DNA of 64,000 nt, from positions 30,256,001 through 30,320,000 of the forward strand of contig NC_043012.1 of NCBI RefSeq assembly GCF_006345805.1, written 5' to 3'. Shown piece by piece: positions 13,346 through 26,645 of the stretch; the first letter of the stretch is position 1; each line of letters begins with the position of its first letter. Made by a program: the position numbers and the translations under genes. The stretch comes from Octopus sinensis. Lineage: Eukaryota. Below the pieces are notes generated by a model, which made no database searches, was not told the DNA's origin, and saw only the letters and a list, made by a program, of their open reading frames with translations.

Positions 13346-14095
13346 CTAAAGTACAATAATTACAACATGAACATCATAAAAAACAACAAAACAAAAAAAC
13401 GCCAGCATTTTTATCGATTCTGTCTAGTTTTATACTTTCATACGCCATGTGTAAAAGAAAGCGTCTAACAACAAAGGTCCATTATTCAATAAATTTATAA
13501 TAATAATATTTAAATTGTCAAGTCCTTATTTTATACTCTTGAGAACCCGAAAGACATTCCAGTGAAATGTTTTCAATTACTGCTGTAAGTAAAGAAAAAA
13601 CAAGGGTACACCCATTTAGCAGACGACATTAAAAATGAATTAAAAAAAACTGAAACAAAATTGTCGGCAAAAGCTCAGCCATTTTGTTATGTGGGTGGTC
13701 ATAAAAAAATCTCGATAACATCATTTGTACAAAGATGCATTGTCTATTTTTGTGAAATGGAATATTTTTAAAGAATACGTTTGAGAAATTACGGTGTAGC
13801 TGGAGAAAAAAAAATATGTCGGGTTTAGGTTAAAGCTTAAATAATATTTTATTAAAACTGCAATTCTTAGTATTTTAACGAATTTTTCCAGTAGGAAATC
13901 GTCTCTTTATTGATTTATTTATTTATTCGTCTTATTAATTCATTTTTAAATTCTATTCTCATTTGCATTTGTTATGGTACATACACACTGGCATTAATAC
14001 ATATGTATGTGTACATATACACATACATACATATACATACATACGTACATATATACATACGTACATACATACATATGTATGTGTACATATATCTA

Positions 14096-14160
<65 letters not shown>

Positions 14161-14968
14161 CTATATATCTCTCTCTCTATCTATATATATGTAATGTGGC
14201 TGTGGGTCAGTGCAATCATTTTTTTCTTTAGCGTTTTCCCTTCACATTCTTTGTAGTTCCTCTCCATCGAATTCTTTATAATTATTTATAATTGTTCGTT
14301 GAACCATTTTGTGATTTACACTTCGCTTAAGAGGAATCTATCTTGCATTCTGTTGAGTTGATACTTGTCATATTGCTCAGAGATGAAACCCTTAGGGTTT
14401 AATTCCCGTATTGAGTACTTTACGGGGTAATTAACAGCAACTATAGACATTTTTTTCAGGTCCAATGGATAGAAAATCTCAAGTTTTGCTTTTGAATTTC
14501 CGTCAATTTTTAATCCAACTCGGTGAAACTGTTCACTGCATTCATCGGCCATAAGGGAAATTCACTTGTTTGGCCAACAGGTTGACGATTGCCTGATGAG
14601 CACCGGAAGAAGAAATGGTGGAGAAATATGTACAAATGTGAAGCGGTACATTGATATTTTATTTAATGTTGAAGTTTACACCGTAAAGCTTTCCGTTTAG
14701 TCTTATTCTTTCAACAAAGATTTTTCGCTGAAGACCTCGAAATATTTTTAATTGTAAATGTTCATTTTTGAGAGTTACACTTCAGTTCAGATGAATTAAG
14801 GTGTACTCGGCCGGTTAGGGAAGAGAGAAATAGAGAGAGAAGTGGTGGGGGAAGAACTTTTAGGGAATTTATTATGTTAATTATGCCAAGAGGCAACTGA
14901 TTCCGCCCACCTGCCCAAGTAACTCGGCTCTTTAATGTATTTGATGCGTAAAATTTTAATATTAAGTT

Positions 14969-15200
14969 CGGAAAAAGGCAGCGAACTGGCAGAATCGTTA
15001 GCACGCCGGGCGAATGCTTTGCGGTATTTCGTACGTCTTTACGTTCTGAGTTCAAATTCCGACGAGGTCGACTTTGCCTTTTATCCTTTCGAGAGCGAAA
15101 AATTAAGTACCAGTTCAGTTCATTTCAGTACGGGGGTCGATGTAATCGACTCATCCCCTCCAGCGAAATTGTTGACCTTGTGACAAAATTTGAAAACAAT
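14969..15200 (+). mobile_element. SINE family A
   Basis: GGCAGCGAACTGGCAGAATCGTTAGCACGCCGGGCGAA...CTGAGTTCAAATTCCGACGAGGTCGACTTTGCC... Confidence 0.9.
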
Positions 15201-15237
15201 ATTAATTTCGGAATATTTGGTAAAATTTACCCGACTG

Positions 15238-15333
<96 letters not shown>

Positions 15334-15412
15334 GTGTTGGTGTGTACGCATACATGCTCACATGTATATACATACATTTACTTATCTATCTATCTGTCTA
15401 TCTATCTATCTG

Positions 15413-15491
<79 letters not shown>

Positions 15492-16330
15492 GCATGTATG
15501 TATGTATGTATGTATGTATGTATGTATGTATGTATGTATGTCTCTACCTACCTACCTACCTACCTACCTACCTACCTACCTACATACCTACCTACCCACC
15601 TACCTACCTACTTATCTTATATACAGTTACCTTCCCATTTTGCTTCTCCCTTCTACTGCCCCCTTCTCATCTCCCCGAACCACTTTAGCCTTTCCTCTAA
15701 ACTGTAACTCTATGTATGGTTGTCTTGAGGTGTTGTACCTACCCGCCTTCCTCTCACCTCTTGCCTTCATTCGAATTGTTTTTGTGATTCCACGAGCAAT
15801 ACATGTATTTACTTTCCTGACCACGTGTTTCTACGGCTTCATTCCCGGTTCTTCACTCTCCCACGTCATTCCTTTTGACTGTTGATCCCCCTCCTCACTA
15901 CATCAATCACCGCAATTTACTTTTAACCCTAAATTACTCAGTCAATGGAAGGCTCACCCTAACAAAATGTCATATTCTTCAATCAACGCAACATGTAAGC
16001 ATAATCAATGTTTGGAAATATTTCCCGGCACAGTTTCCATGACTACGCAGTTGGAGAGAGGGTGGGGTGGGGTGGGGATGTACATACACAATCAAACATA
16101 TTCATGAGCGGACATCAAAACACAAAGATCCACACAAGCAATGACGTCAAAGATTGTACACACGCATGAATGTGCACACACACACACACACACATACAGG
16201 CATACAGGCATACAGGGATACATACTTATAAATATACATACATATGAATATGTATGCAAGCATACATACATACATACAAACATACATTCATAAGTTATAT
16301 ATATATATATAATAATATAATAATATAATA

Positions 16331-17631
16331 TAAATATAAGAGAGTGGTCACTATATGGCTCACTCTAGCACCAGTTAATCCAAAAGGTTTCAACCACGAA
16401 AACATGTTTCCCATGAAAGTCAGTACGATTGTTAGCTCACACGGACAGGGCAAATAAAAAATAACAAAAATACAGATTATTTTGGGACAATTGTTTCGCT
16501 ATTAATGAATTAAATGTAATTTTACTTACAAAAAAAATCCATTTGTAGCTCGTCAGCCAAAACTATCTGGATGAAATCCACTCAATCACACGCCAGATTT
16601 TACCATAACGATAAATACGCGTGTGGTTCAATTGATTACATCCGACGTTATAATTCAAATGCCCCAACTAACAGCGCGCCAAACTTTCACGGAAAACAAA
16701 TACAGCATTTAGAAATAAATGCAGCATAATTATAATTAATTAATAAGGGTGAGAGAATTAGATACTAATTTAATAGTAGTAAAATTACATTTAATTCATT
16801 AATAGCGAAACAATTGTCCCAAAATAATCTGTATTTTTGTTATTTTTTATTTGCCCTGTCCGTGTGAGCTAACAATCGTACTGACTTTCATGGGAAACAT
16901 GTATTTTCGTGGTCGAAACCTTTTGGATTAACTGGTGCTAGAGTGAGCCATATAGTGACCACTCTCTTATATTTATTTTGTAAAAATATTATAATATGTT
17001 ATAAAATATTATAATAATCCAGGTTTCTCGGAGCACTAGGCCACTTGGTGTTGAATGGAATACTATTAAATTAGTATCTAATTCTCTCACCCTTATTAAT
17101 TAATTATAATTATGCTGCATTTATTTCTAAATGCTGTATTTGTTTTCCGTGAAAGTTTGGCGCGCTGTTAGTTGGGGCATTTGAATTATAACGTCGGATG
17201 TAATCAATTGAACCACACGCGTATTTATCGTTATGGTAAAATCTGGCGTGTGATTGAGTGGATTTCATCCAGATAGTTTTGGCTGACGAGCTACAAATGG
17301 ATTTTTTTGTAAGTAAAATTACATTTAATTCATTAATAGCGAAACAATTGTCCCAAAATAATCTGTATTTTTGTTATTTTTTATTTGCCCTGTCCGTGTG
17401 AGCTAACAATCGTACTGACTTTCATGGGAAACATGTATTTTCGTGGTTGAAACCTTTTGGATTAACTGGTGCTAGAGTGAGCCATATAGTGACCACTCTC
17501 TATATTTATTTTGTAAAAATATTATAATATGTTATAAAATATTATAATAATCCAGGTTTCTCGGAGCACTAGGCCTTGGTGTTGAATGGATATACTATTA
17601 AATTAGTATCTAATTCTCTCACCCTTATTAA

Positions 17632-17640
<9 letters not shown>
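16331..17640. repeat. 534-bp unit present as an inverted copy plus 1.6 tandem copies (Penelope pseudo-LTR-like arrangement)
   Basis: AAAATTACATTT recurs at 16781 and 17315 (period 534). 16331-16778 is the reverse complement of ~17062-17510. Flanked by (TA)n. Confidence 0.9.
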
Positions 17641-17698
<58 letters not shown>

Positions 17699-17813
17699 TA
17701 TATACATATATACATATAATAATATAGGGTGAAATCAATTAATTTGGAGTAATCATTAATTTCACCAAGTAGATATCGGCATGTAAAAGCCCCATTCGAG
17801 GAAGGTTTAAGTA

Positions 17814-18044
17814 ATACTAAGTAATTAAGGGTTTAGCAACGATTTGCCTCACCACACACCGAATTTAGAAATAGCAGTCAAAGAGTTATGGCTATTCTTT
17901 CTACTTAAAAGAGAGATCTCAGTGCTGTGGTTTTACTGAGATCTCTCTTTTAAGTAGAAAGAATAGCCATAACTCTTTGACTGCTATTTCTAAATTCGGT
18001 GTGTGGTGAGGCAAATCGTTGCCAAACCCTTAATTACTTAGTAT
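17814..18044. repeat. Near-perfect hairpin, ~110-bp arms, 11-nt loop
   Basis: 17814-17923 is complementary to 17935-18044 with one mismatch seen; loop GCTGTGGTTTT. Confidence 0.95.
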
Positions 18045-19066
18045 ATATATATATATATACATATACATCCATCCATCCATCCATTTATACATACATACAT
18101 GCATACATGTCTTCATATATACACATATGTTTGCATACATGCATAAATAAATATATTTACAATTGCTGAGCTGTTGTCGTCCAAATTTCAATAAAAGAGG
18201 TTTGTCTCTGGGTTAGAAACCGGTGCTTTCTCCACTGGGGAGAAATTTGAGAAAGAATACCACACGTAAAAAAACAAACAGGTATGTCTATACATACACA
18301 CATATACACGTCAATTCAATGTTACACACACACACACACACACACACACACCATGTTATATATCTCTCTCTCATTTTTACTTTCTCTCTATTCATCTTCT
18401 CTTTCCTCTGATCCTTTGGTCTAGTCTTCCACTACCCTCCTATTTCTTTGTCTCGCTCTGCACTCACAGGTCATTCTTCGACACCCATCCCTTCTCCTCT
18501 CTGATTCCTTCTTTCTCTCTCTTCTCTCTCTTTGTTGCGTTTTTCCCCCTTTTCTCTCTCTCTCTTCTTTGCTTCTCTTTCTTTTCTTTTCCCTCTTCTC
18601 TGTCACGTGACTGTTGCCGAAATCTGCCTTTCAGCTCCTGACCCTCGTCGTGTTAACATCGTTGTTCTTCGTCCGCCGCTATAAAGGCTTTTTCCAATGC
18701 GCCAGAGAAAAAATTGTTTGCTTGTTATCAGTCGTAAGACACTTGTTGTTTTCACCGTTAATGCTTCTGTATTTCATGTTTCTGTATTCCATTATTGTTT
18801 TTTGTTTTTTTTATATCTGTCCTTTGCTGTCCTGGTGTTCGTATGCATTCGATCCTTCTTCCAGGAAATCTACGCTTCCAGCTTAGTTTTTCTTGGAGGG
18901 CTGGCCGTGATCTAGTAATCTCAAGATTAATCAGCCGAATTTACTACGATGATCCGGTTCTTGACTGAAGACTGAGGGGTTCGAATGTCCTGTCCATGTT
19001 TATTGTATCGTCTTCTATGAGTTATACGTTCTTGTCCATGTTGTATTTTTCTACATACCTTAACAT

Positions 19067-19112
<46 letters not shown>

Positions 19113-19116
19113 CATA

Positions 19117-19198
<82 letters not shown>

Positions 19199-20798
19199 CA
19201 CAGAACAATTTACGCAGGATGTTGCTGTGAGCCGATAAAATATTCATATACAAAGGCGTGTATGTATATAAAGGCTTGTGTATATACAAAGGCGTATGTA
19301 TATAATCAAAAGATGATGTAGTGAACGTGTCTATTCGCTGATTCTTCTGGCGCATCGAAGTATTTTGGGATTATTTTTTAGAAAAATTCCAAACGCTCTT
19401 AGATTCCAAGGTTACGTAAATCCAAAAGTAACACATCGTATACAATGGTATTCGAAATTCAATACTTTACACGACAGCAAAATTACAAAGTAAGTCTTAT
19501 GGTGCCATGCAGCTTTTAAAGAGTAATCTCATAGACGTTTAACATTCTCTGATCATTCTCTAACAGTTATACTCCGATAAGGAGTACTTTACCCGGAATA
19601 TAAGGAGCCAAAATATATTTCCGAGGTTAGACTACGATGTTCTTGTAATTGACGTATCTGTATTGTTGATGGTTCCTAAAACAAAGCGGAGCATTTCACA
19701 ATGTTTCAAGCAACAACAACACTCTTCTATGCGAATGTTTCTTCATGTGAATGGTGTGTCTGTTAACAGTGAATATAATAGAATGTGCTACAGTTCACGG
19801 CCCAGTCTACCTAGCAGCACATAGGTACCTCAGTGCAACAGTCTGCCTAGCTGTAAGTAGGTACTACTGTGTGTCACTTGTTCGTTGTACTGTAACCAAG
19901 ATACTTAGCTATTTGTAGCCCAGTCCGATTGGCTGCGTGTTGGCACCACAGTATGATACAATTCACACTTCTCAAGTCAATCGTGATCCAACAGAATCAA
20001 CGGCATTCCAGCTGTGACCACCGCATCTATTATTTTAAGCATAACGTATTTAGGACTAATGTTTTCTTTCTGTTTTTAAGGGAGAAGCATGACGTGATGT
20101 GAGGGGGATTCAGCTGTATACCTCGTTGGTTTGTATACCTGGTGGTGGTTGTGGTGGTGTTTGTGATGTTGTGGTGTAAAGCCTCAGGTCATTTCTGAGC
20201 TAATTCCGCGAGATTCCAGCCATGACTAACCCGTTTTTTTGTTGTTTTTTATCAGATATAGCACTTGTAGGATTCACTTATTTAATGTACCCTTTCAATG
20301 TTTAAAGTCAGTAATGTGACTTGGGGAGAATATAACAGCCATTTTTAACTAGGAAATAACGACTATTTTGCTGTACCTCGGGCGTTTGTCATTATGCTAA
20401 TAATAATAAGCACACGCATTGCTTCAAGAGATCTGAAGCTGATCTGAAGTTGAGGGAATGTTATTGAAGATGTGAAAGGTGACGAAAGGACTTTGGAAAA
20501 CACAATGGATTGATTAACCGAATAATGAATCAAACAATCGACTAGTTAGTTGATTAAATAGTTAACCAATTGGTAAATAATAAGGAAGTGAAATAGAACC
20601 AGTGCGTGTGGTATTATAATTGACATAATGGCCCACCCGAGATACAGCAGAATATGTTTCAAAACACGAGTTCACATCAGGAATCTTGTAAACCAAATAC
20701 CCAACCGAAAAGAAAAAAAAAGAAGAAAAATCCTGACCAATAACAGAGTCGTCTTTCGTTTGTTCGTATAAAAAGAGTTGGTATTATAAGTGATGACG

Positions 20799-21140
20799 GA
20801 GGCGGCGAGCTGGCAGAGACGTTAGCAAGCCGGGCGAAATGCCGAGCGGTATTTCGTCTGTCTTTACGTTCTGAGTTCAAATCCCGCCGAAGTCGACTTT
20901 GCCTTTCATCCTCTCGGGGTCGATAAATTAAGTACCAGTTACGCACTGGGGTCGATATAATCGACTTAATCCGTTTGTGTGTGGCCTTGTTTGTCCCCTC
21001 TGTGTTTAGCCCCTTGTGGGTAGTAAAGAAATAGGTATTTCGTCTGTTGCTACGTTCTGGGTTCAAATTCCGCCGAAGTTGACATTGCCTTTCATTCTTT
21101 CGGGGTCGATCAAAGAAGAACCCGTTGAGTACTGGGGCCA
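20799..21140 (+). mobile_element. Dimeric SINE family A copy
   Basis: Full monomer, linker (..TGTGTTTAGCCCCTTGTGGGTAGTAAAGAAATAGG..), second truncated monomer; same architecture at 37362-37700. Confidence 0.85.
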
Positions 21141-21998
21141 ACTTACTCCTCTCCTTGTGTCAACATTTTAAATTATTAACGATGACGTGGGATTTGGTGT
21201 TGTTGATGTTTATAAAATCCAGATCAACTTGATCGAAGACACTCTGGTTGTGACCATCCCGTCTAATTTTATATATCTAGAACTGTATTATTCCAAACGT
21301 CCTTTATTCTATTTTTAAAGATAGGTGTCAAGGAAGAATTGGCCACTATTTTTAGCACCCCGAGCAAACACGTCGAGAGAGGCTCACATAGAAGCAACCC
21401 CACCCCACCAACATCAGTTTCATGTGTGGTCGTGAGAATTACAATAAACACAATTACACAATTTTTTCATACTTACCCCTCCCCCCACTGCTCCTCGTTA
21501 TTCATTATTCTATCCGAAGCTCCGCTTCTCTCTCCCTCTCTCCCCCTCTCTCTCTCTTTCTCTCTTTCTACATCCTCCCACTTCCCCACCACCTCAACGC
21601 GTATGTACCCTTTGTCTGCACTCACTGCACGTTATCCACTTCCTACCTACGCGCCGCCCTTCCTATAGAATTCACTTCTCCCATGGCAGTGATATCATGT
21701 TCTCTCTCTCTCACTTCTCTTTCTACAACTTCCTCTCTCTCCCTCCCTCTCCCTCTCTTCTCTCTCTTTCTCTCTTTCCTAATCATTAGTTTTCTTGAGA
21801 TTGCATTACTCTCCCACTGAACTGGAACTAACGGACCATCTTGCAAGAACCATCTTGTCGCGGCCCTGACGTCACCACCGAGTTTCTTTCTCCAATTCTT
21901 ATTCCTTTCTTCCTTCGACATTCTATAATACATACATACACACATACATACATACATGCATACATACATACATACATACATGCACACACATACACACA

Positions 21999-22030
<32 letters not shown>

Positions 22031-22036
22031 CATATG

Positions 22037-22100
<64 letters not shown>

Positions 22101-22280
22101 CATATATATGTATATGTATATATGTATGTGTGTATATATATGCACACACACATGCATGCATAGATACGTAATCTTTGAACTGTGTCCATGCTGGAGTATC
22201 GATCTCAAGGGTTTCAATCAAAATATTGATTTCAATACTCGTTTTATTGATCTCTAGATTGGGATAACACCACTTTTAAG

Positions 22281-22311
<31 letters not shown>

Positions 22312-22444
22312 CACACACACACACAAAATAACTCGGCATATATAAACCTTACAAGATATGTCTTAATTCGTATAATCGTGACTTAAAAGTGCTCAAAACC
22401 TCAAATAACCAGAAACTTGCAGGAGCTATGATCAATATCTACAC

Positions 22445-22495
<51 letters not shown>

Positions 22496-22518
22496 TAGTA
22501 ATAGTAATAATAATAATG

Positions 22519-22555
<37 letters not shown>

Positions 22556-22725
22556 TAAAAATAATAATAAGCAAAAAAGAAAGAATCTCAAAAATTATGA
22601 AGAATATATGTGCATATTCTTTACGATAAACCTACATGTACGTACATATACTTATATAAATATATGTATACACACTGAAGCACATATGTTGTCTGCACAT
22701 ATGCCTACAGATATAGACCTTCCAG

Positions 22726-22809
22726 GTTTCACAGCAAAAAGTTAGAGTACACAACAGAAAAGCAGCAGAAAGCAACACCGTGCTGGAGATAAAAAGGGTA
22801 AAATCTCAG
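22726..22809 (+). other. Candidate 84-nt exon (VSQQKVRVHNRKAAESNTVLEIKRVKSQ)
   Basis: CCTTCCAG acceptor, strong CAG|GTAAGC donor at 22810, open in phase 0; no recognisable homology. Confidence 0.2.
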
Positions 22810-22865
22810 GTAAGCTTTCTGATAAGCTTTTGCCGGATGCGGACGAGGTCAAGGCTAACTTAATA

Positions 22866-22879
22866 GCGCCACCTGGCGA
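22866..22879 (+). promoter_or_regulatory. CTCF-like binding motif
   Basis: GCGCCACCTGGCGA matches the CTCF core consensus GCGCC(A/C)CCT(A/G)GTGG at most positions, in unique sequence. Confidence 0.35.
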
Positions 22880-23169
22880 ACGATATATCTATTACATACA
22901 CACGAGCATACATAAAGATACTGATGCATGTCTGATATATATATATATATATAATTATATTATATATAATATATATATATATATATATGCGTTCATTTAT
23001 TCCTATCTGCCTGTTCCCGCCTATATGTGAATATATATTTATGCGCGCGCGTGTGTGTATTCATATCTTCACTACAGGCGGGAACAAGCAGTTAGACTTA
23101 TCTAAACACATGTTCAGCATGTGCTAATGTAGGTCTGCCCGGGTCTTATTCTCATTTACGTCTAGTAGA

Positions 23170-23432
23170 TTACAAAGTTGATCCCAGTCAGGATTTGAAA
23201 GCAGAACGGAAAGAGTCAGAAAAATCACCCCTAAGCATTTTGTCTAATGCATTAAAAATTTTGCCAGCTCATCGTTTTAATAATAATAATAATAATCTTT
23301 TCTACACTAGGCGCAAGGCCCTAAATTTTTAAAGAGGGGACAGTCGATTAGATTGACCCCTCCCCAGTACACAACTAGTACTCAATTTATCAACCCCGAA
23401 AGGATGAAAGTCGACCTCGGCGGAATTTGAAC
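23170..23432 (-). mobile_element. Two partial SINE family A copies
   Basis: Reverse-complement motifs CCCCGAAAGGATGAAAGTCGACCTCGGCGGAATTTGAAC and TTTTGCCAGCTC. Confidence 0.75.
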
Positions 23433-23469
<37 letters not shown>

Positions 23470-23549
23470 GTAATAATAATAATAATGATAATAATAATAT
23501 AATAATAATAATATAATTAATTAATAATAATAATAATAGTAATAATAAT

Positions 23550-23580
<31 letters not shown>

Positions 23581-23616
23581 TAATAATATAATAATATAAT
23601 AATATAATAATAATAA

Positions 23617-24320
23617 TTCGTTCGTTTATTGGCCACAAGGGCTAACAAAAATCAATTAAAACATGAAGGGACAAAACACAGGACGAAAGTTACAAAGGGT
23701 TTTGTCCGTTTGAAAAAGTCCGTGTACAAAAGCAGGATAACAACAAAATATAAGTAACAATTAAAACTCCCAATAGGGGGAGGCACTTCGAAAGGTTACT
23801 CGTGGAAAAACCCATAAAAGCCACGGAAGCCTAGTCAAAATTGGGGTAGAGAGCCCCTTTCTCCTTTTATATTTCCTTTTAATTCTCACAGGTGTATCTT
23901 CAGAATTGGTCCGTTCATACTGGCCATTCTTGCGACATTCACCCACTTTTCAATAAACTTGCTACCAGACATCACTTCCCTCTCTACTCTCATCTTCCTT
24001 TTCAAGTGAAACTTGAAAAAGTTGATGAGGCCTTGGCCAAAGAAGAAAGTGTCTGACCTTAGCCCTTTCAAACGGGTCCACCATATCACCTCTTTCGCTA
24101 CAGCCACTGAGCAAAGGAAAACTGCCTTGCCCTCCCGGTTAAAGGAGGTCGGCGGGGAAATCCTCACTATGGATTCAGCTGATAGCCGGATCCGTCCAAT
24201 ACGCGACAGTAGCTGTTCGACATAAACCCATAATTCAGTAATATTCGGGCACTGGACGAGTGCGTGCAGAACGGTTTCGTCGTCCTGGGCGCACCTCGGG
24301 CAGGCCCGTCTGACGGCACC
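23617..24320 (-). mobile_element. Tx1/L1-clade LINE 3' end (ORF2 C-terminal zinc finger, 3' UTR, AATAAA, (ATT)n tail)
   Basis: Minus open frame 24320-23886: RACPRCAQDDETVLHALVQCP...AKEVIWWTRLKG...FIEKWVNV...IHL*; AATAAA followed by the (ATT)n tail at ~23617. Confidence 0.85.
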
Positions 24321-24856
24321 AGTACCAGGCAGTGGCTCTCATGGCTTCTGATCTTAACTGACTGGAAGTGCTATCATGTACATTGTTTTGTCTTGGTATA
24401 AAAGATGGGCTACAGCAAATATTCTGCTCATTACCACAGATTTGCTTGTCAGTTGCTTGACCGTAACCAGTTGAGCATGTCCCTTGGTGGCTGACGATAT
24501 GTGCATCTCTGATCACAAGAAGAAGTAGTGGGGGAGCATCATAGCCATGTGTTGGGGTTTGGATAATTCACCCCTGGAAACATGAGTGTTTCGTTCAACA
24601 TCCTTAAACAACTCTTATTCAGGGACCTTTTTTTTGAGCGGGATGGGCTACTCGACCAGAAGAAAATTCTAACTGGGCCCCACTGCAAGGTCATGCACTG
24701 TTTATCTTGATACGAGATCACCATGTCGCGCACATATGGCTGTGATGCATGTGCCTGGTGTACCCTTATCAGACGGGTAGTCATGATGGGTATACTGGGT
24801 TTCGTATGTTTTACCCCAGTGTCACTTCGATGGCATGCACTGCTCTCTCACTCAAT
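24319..24856 (-). mobile_element. Repeat family B copy
   Basis: Reverse complement of 10557-11097. Confidence 0.85.
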
Positions 24857-24867
24857 AGTAGTAATTA

Positions 24868-25087
24868 TTATTTCTACTCTAGGCACAAGGCCTTGAAAAT
24901 TTTGGTGGGAAGGGGGCTAGTCGTTTACAGCGACTCCAGTGCATAGCTGGTATTTATTTTATCGACCCCGAAAGGATGAGAGGCAAATTCGATCTCAGCG
25001 GAATTTGAACTCAGAACGTAAAGACGGACGAAATACTGCTAAGTATTTTGCCCAGCATTTTAACGATTCTGCCGGCTCGCCGCCTTA
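24868..25087 (-). mobile_element. SINE family A
   Basis: Full-length reverse complement ending ..GATTCTGCCGGCTCGCCGCC. Confidence 0.9.
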
Positions 25088-25479
25088 ATGATAACAACAA
25101 CAACAACAACAACAAGAATAATAGAGCAATTATTTAATATAAATTCTGAAAATAAAGATAAACCGAATTTCGGTTTTGAAAACAGAAATAGTCCTAAGAA
25201 AATAGGGAAAGAAAAAACCTGTAGACAAATGCATAACCAAAAGTCCAGGAATTACGAATGTGTATATTACAGAAAAAAATAGCACTGCATGGAAGCGCAT
25301 AGGTATTTATGTAGGGTACTTTCAATTTAGTAGGAATAAGAAAAGCTAAAGCAAAACAAAGCACATACCCGAGGTACCCAGGACTGTAGGAAATAAAAAT
25401 AAGAAAAATGAATTATAAGAATCATTCTTTGCCGTACGTGATATTTCCGGGGTCTTAGGGAATTTGAACATCAGACCCC

Positions 25480-25672
25480 TTTATCCCAGTTCACTTGGTC
25501 AAGTCCCGGATTGCATCCCAGTGGAAGCAAAGCACTGGTCAGCCTTTTCTATCCAAAACCCACCGAATGGCCTTTCTCTGCAGCTTCACTGACGGAACTT
25601 AGGATCCTCGCCACTTCTTTGCTGCACCCGAGACTCCAAATCTAGGCAGAGCCTTGCACATTGCACGCCCCT
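25480..25672 (-). mobile_element. HERO/R2-superfamily non-LTR 3' fragment
   Basis: Minus, with a frameshift: GRAMCKALPRFGVSGAAKK / ARILSSVSEAAEKG..W resembles the HERO C-terminal LG+TG...ISEAAEKASRWLW motif (recalled). Confidence 0.5.
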
Positions 25673-25684
25673 CCACACACAAAG

Positions 25685-25733
<49 letters not shown>

Positions 25734-26397
25734 ACCTTGGAGATTTGAAAATCATGTAACATAAGAAGGGAGATAATTCAGATTTTTTTTACTCATTTTC
25801 AAAATTTTTCTTTTATTTTGCTGTTTTTAAGCTTTTTTTGGTGGTGGTGGTGGTGGGGTGTGCTAATAAATTTCAATCATATTTTAAAGATAAACTTTTG
25901 TTTAATCAGTGTATTTCAGATATCTTGTTTATTTGTTTTTATTTATTAGATTTTTATTATCTAAGTTTTTTTCAAAATTTGTTTTTATATATTTTTCTAT
26001 TTTTCGGATTTACACGTGTTTTTTTTTCTTAAAATATTTATGTTTTTAATGATTCCTTAATTCAGACAGGTGCAAATTAAAAGTTCCCCTCACAACCAAT
26101 GTCGAAATGAGAGCAGAACCTCTTTCTCTCTCTTTTTTTCTTCATCCTTATCCCTTTCGTTTCCAATTTCTTTAATATATATTTTGTTTTTCCGGAATTC
26201 ATTCACAAATTTAACCGCACAACTACAAGATTCAAATATTCCTGAGGTGGAGGTGGAGAGCGAGGAAACGTAAAAAGAAAAGAAAGCAACAAACAGACTT
26301 CGCCATAACTATAATTCTCTGAGCCATTCACATCGTAGATGACACATATAGCCTCGCTCTGTGTGTGTGTGTGTGTATACATATATATTTGTACATG

Positions 26398-26428
<31 letters not shown>

Positions 26429-26498
26429 GTGTGTGTGTATGTGTGTATATATGTGTGTGTGTGTTATATATGTATATTTTATATATGTATATATATAT

Positions 26499-26541
<43 letters not shown>

Positions 26542-26645
26542 CTGTATATATATATTAATACATGTATACACCACACACACAGTTCAACACTCATACACAT
26601 ACATATATTGTCGAAATGATCACAAAATGAGTTATTAATATTGCA

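Noticed and set aside
14316-14552. 78-aa minus-strand ORF with ATG
   Set aside because: No recognisable domain; length is within chance expectation.
14594-14640. CTGATGA-GCACC...GGTG-GA-GAAA hammerhead-like string
   Set aside because: Stem II does not close next to GAAA and no stem I or III is evident.
14728-14750. CTGAAGA-CCTC-GAAA
   Set aside because: No base-paired stem II and no valid cleavage triplet or stem I.
18962-18995. CTGAAGA...CGAATGTC hammerhead-like string
   Set aside because: GAAA is altered and stem II does not pair; at most a dead relic.
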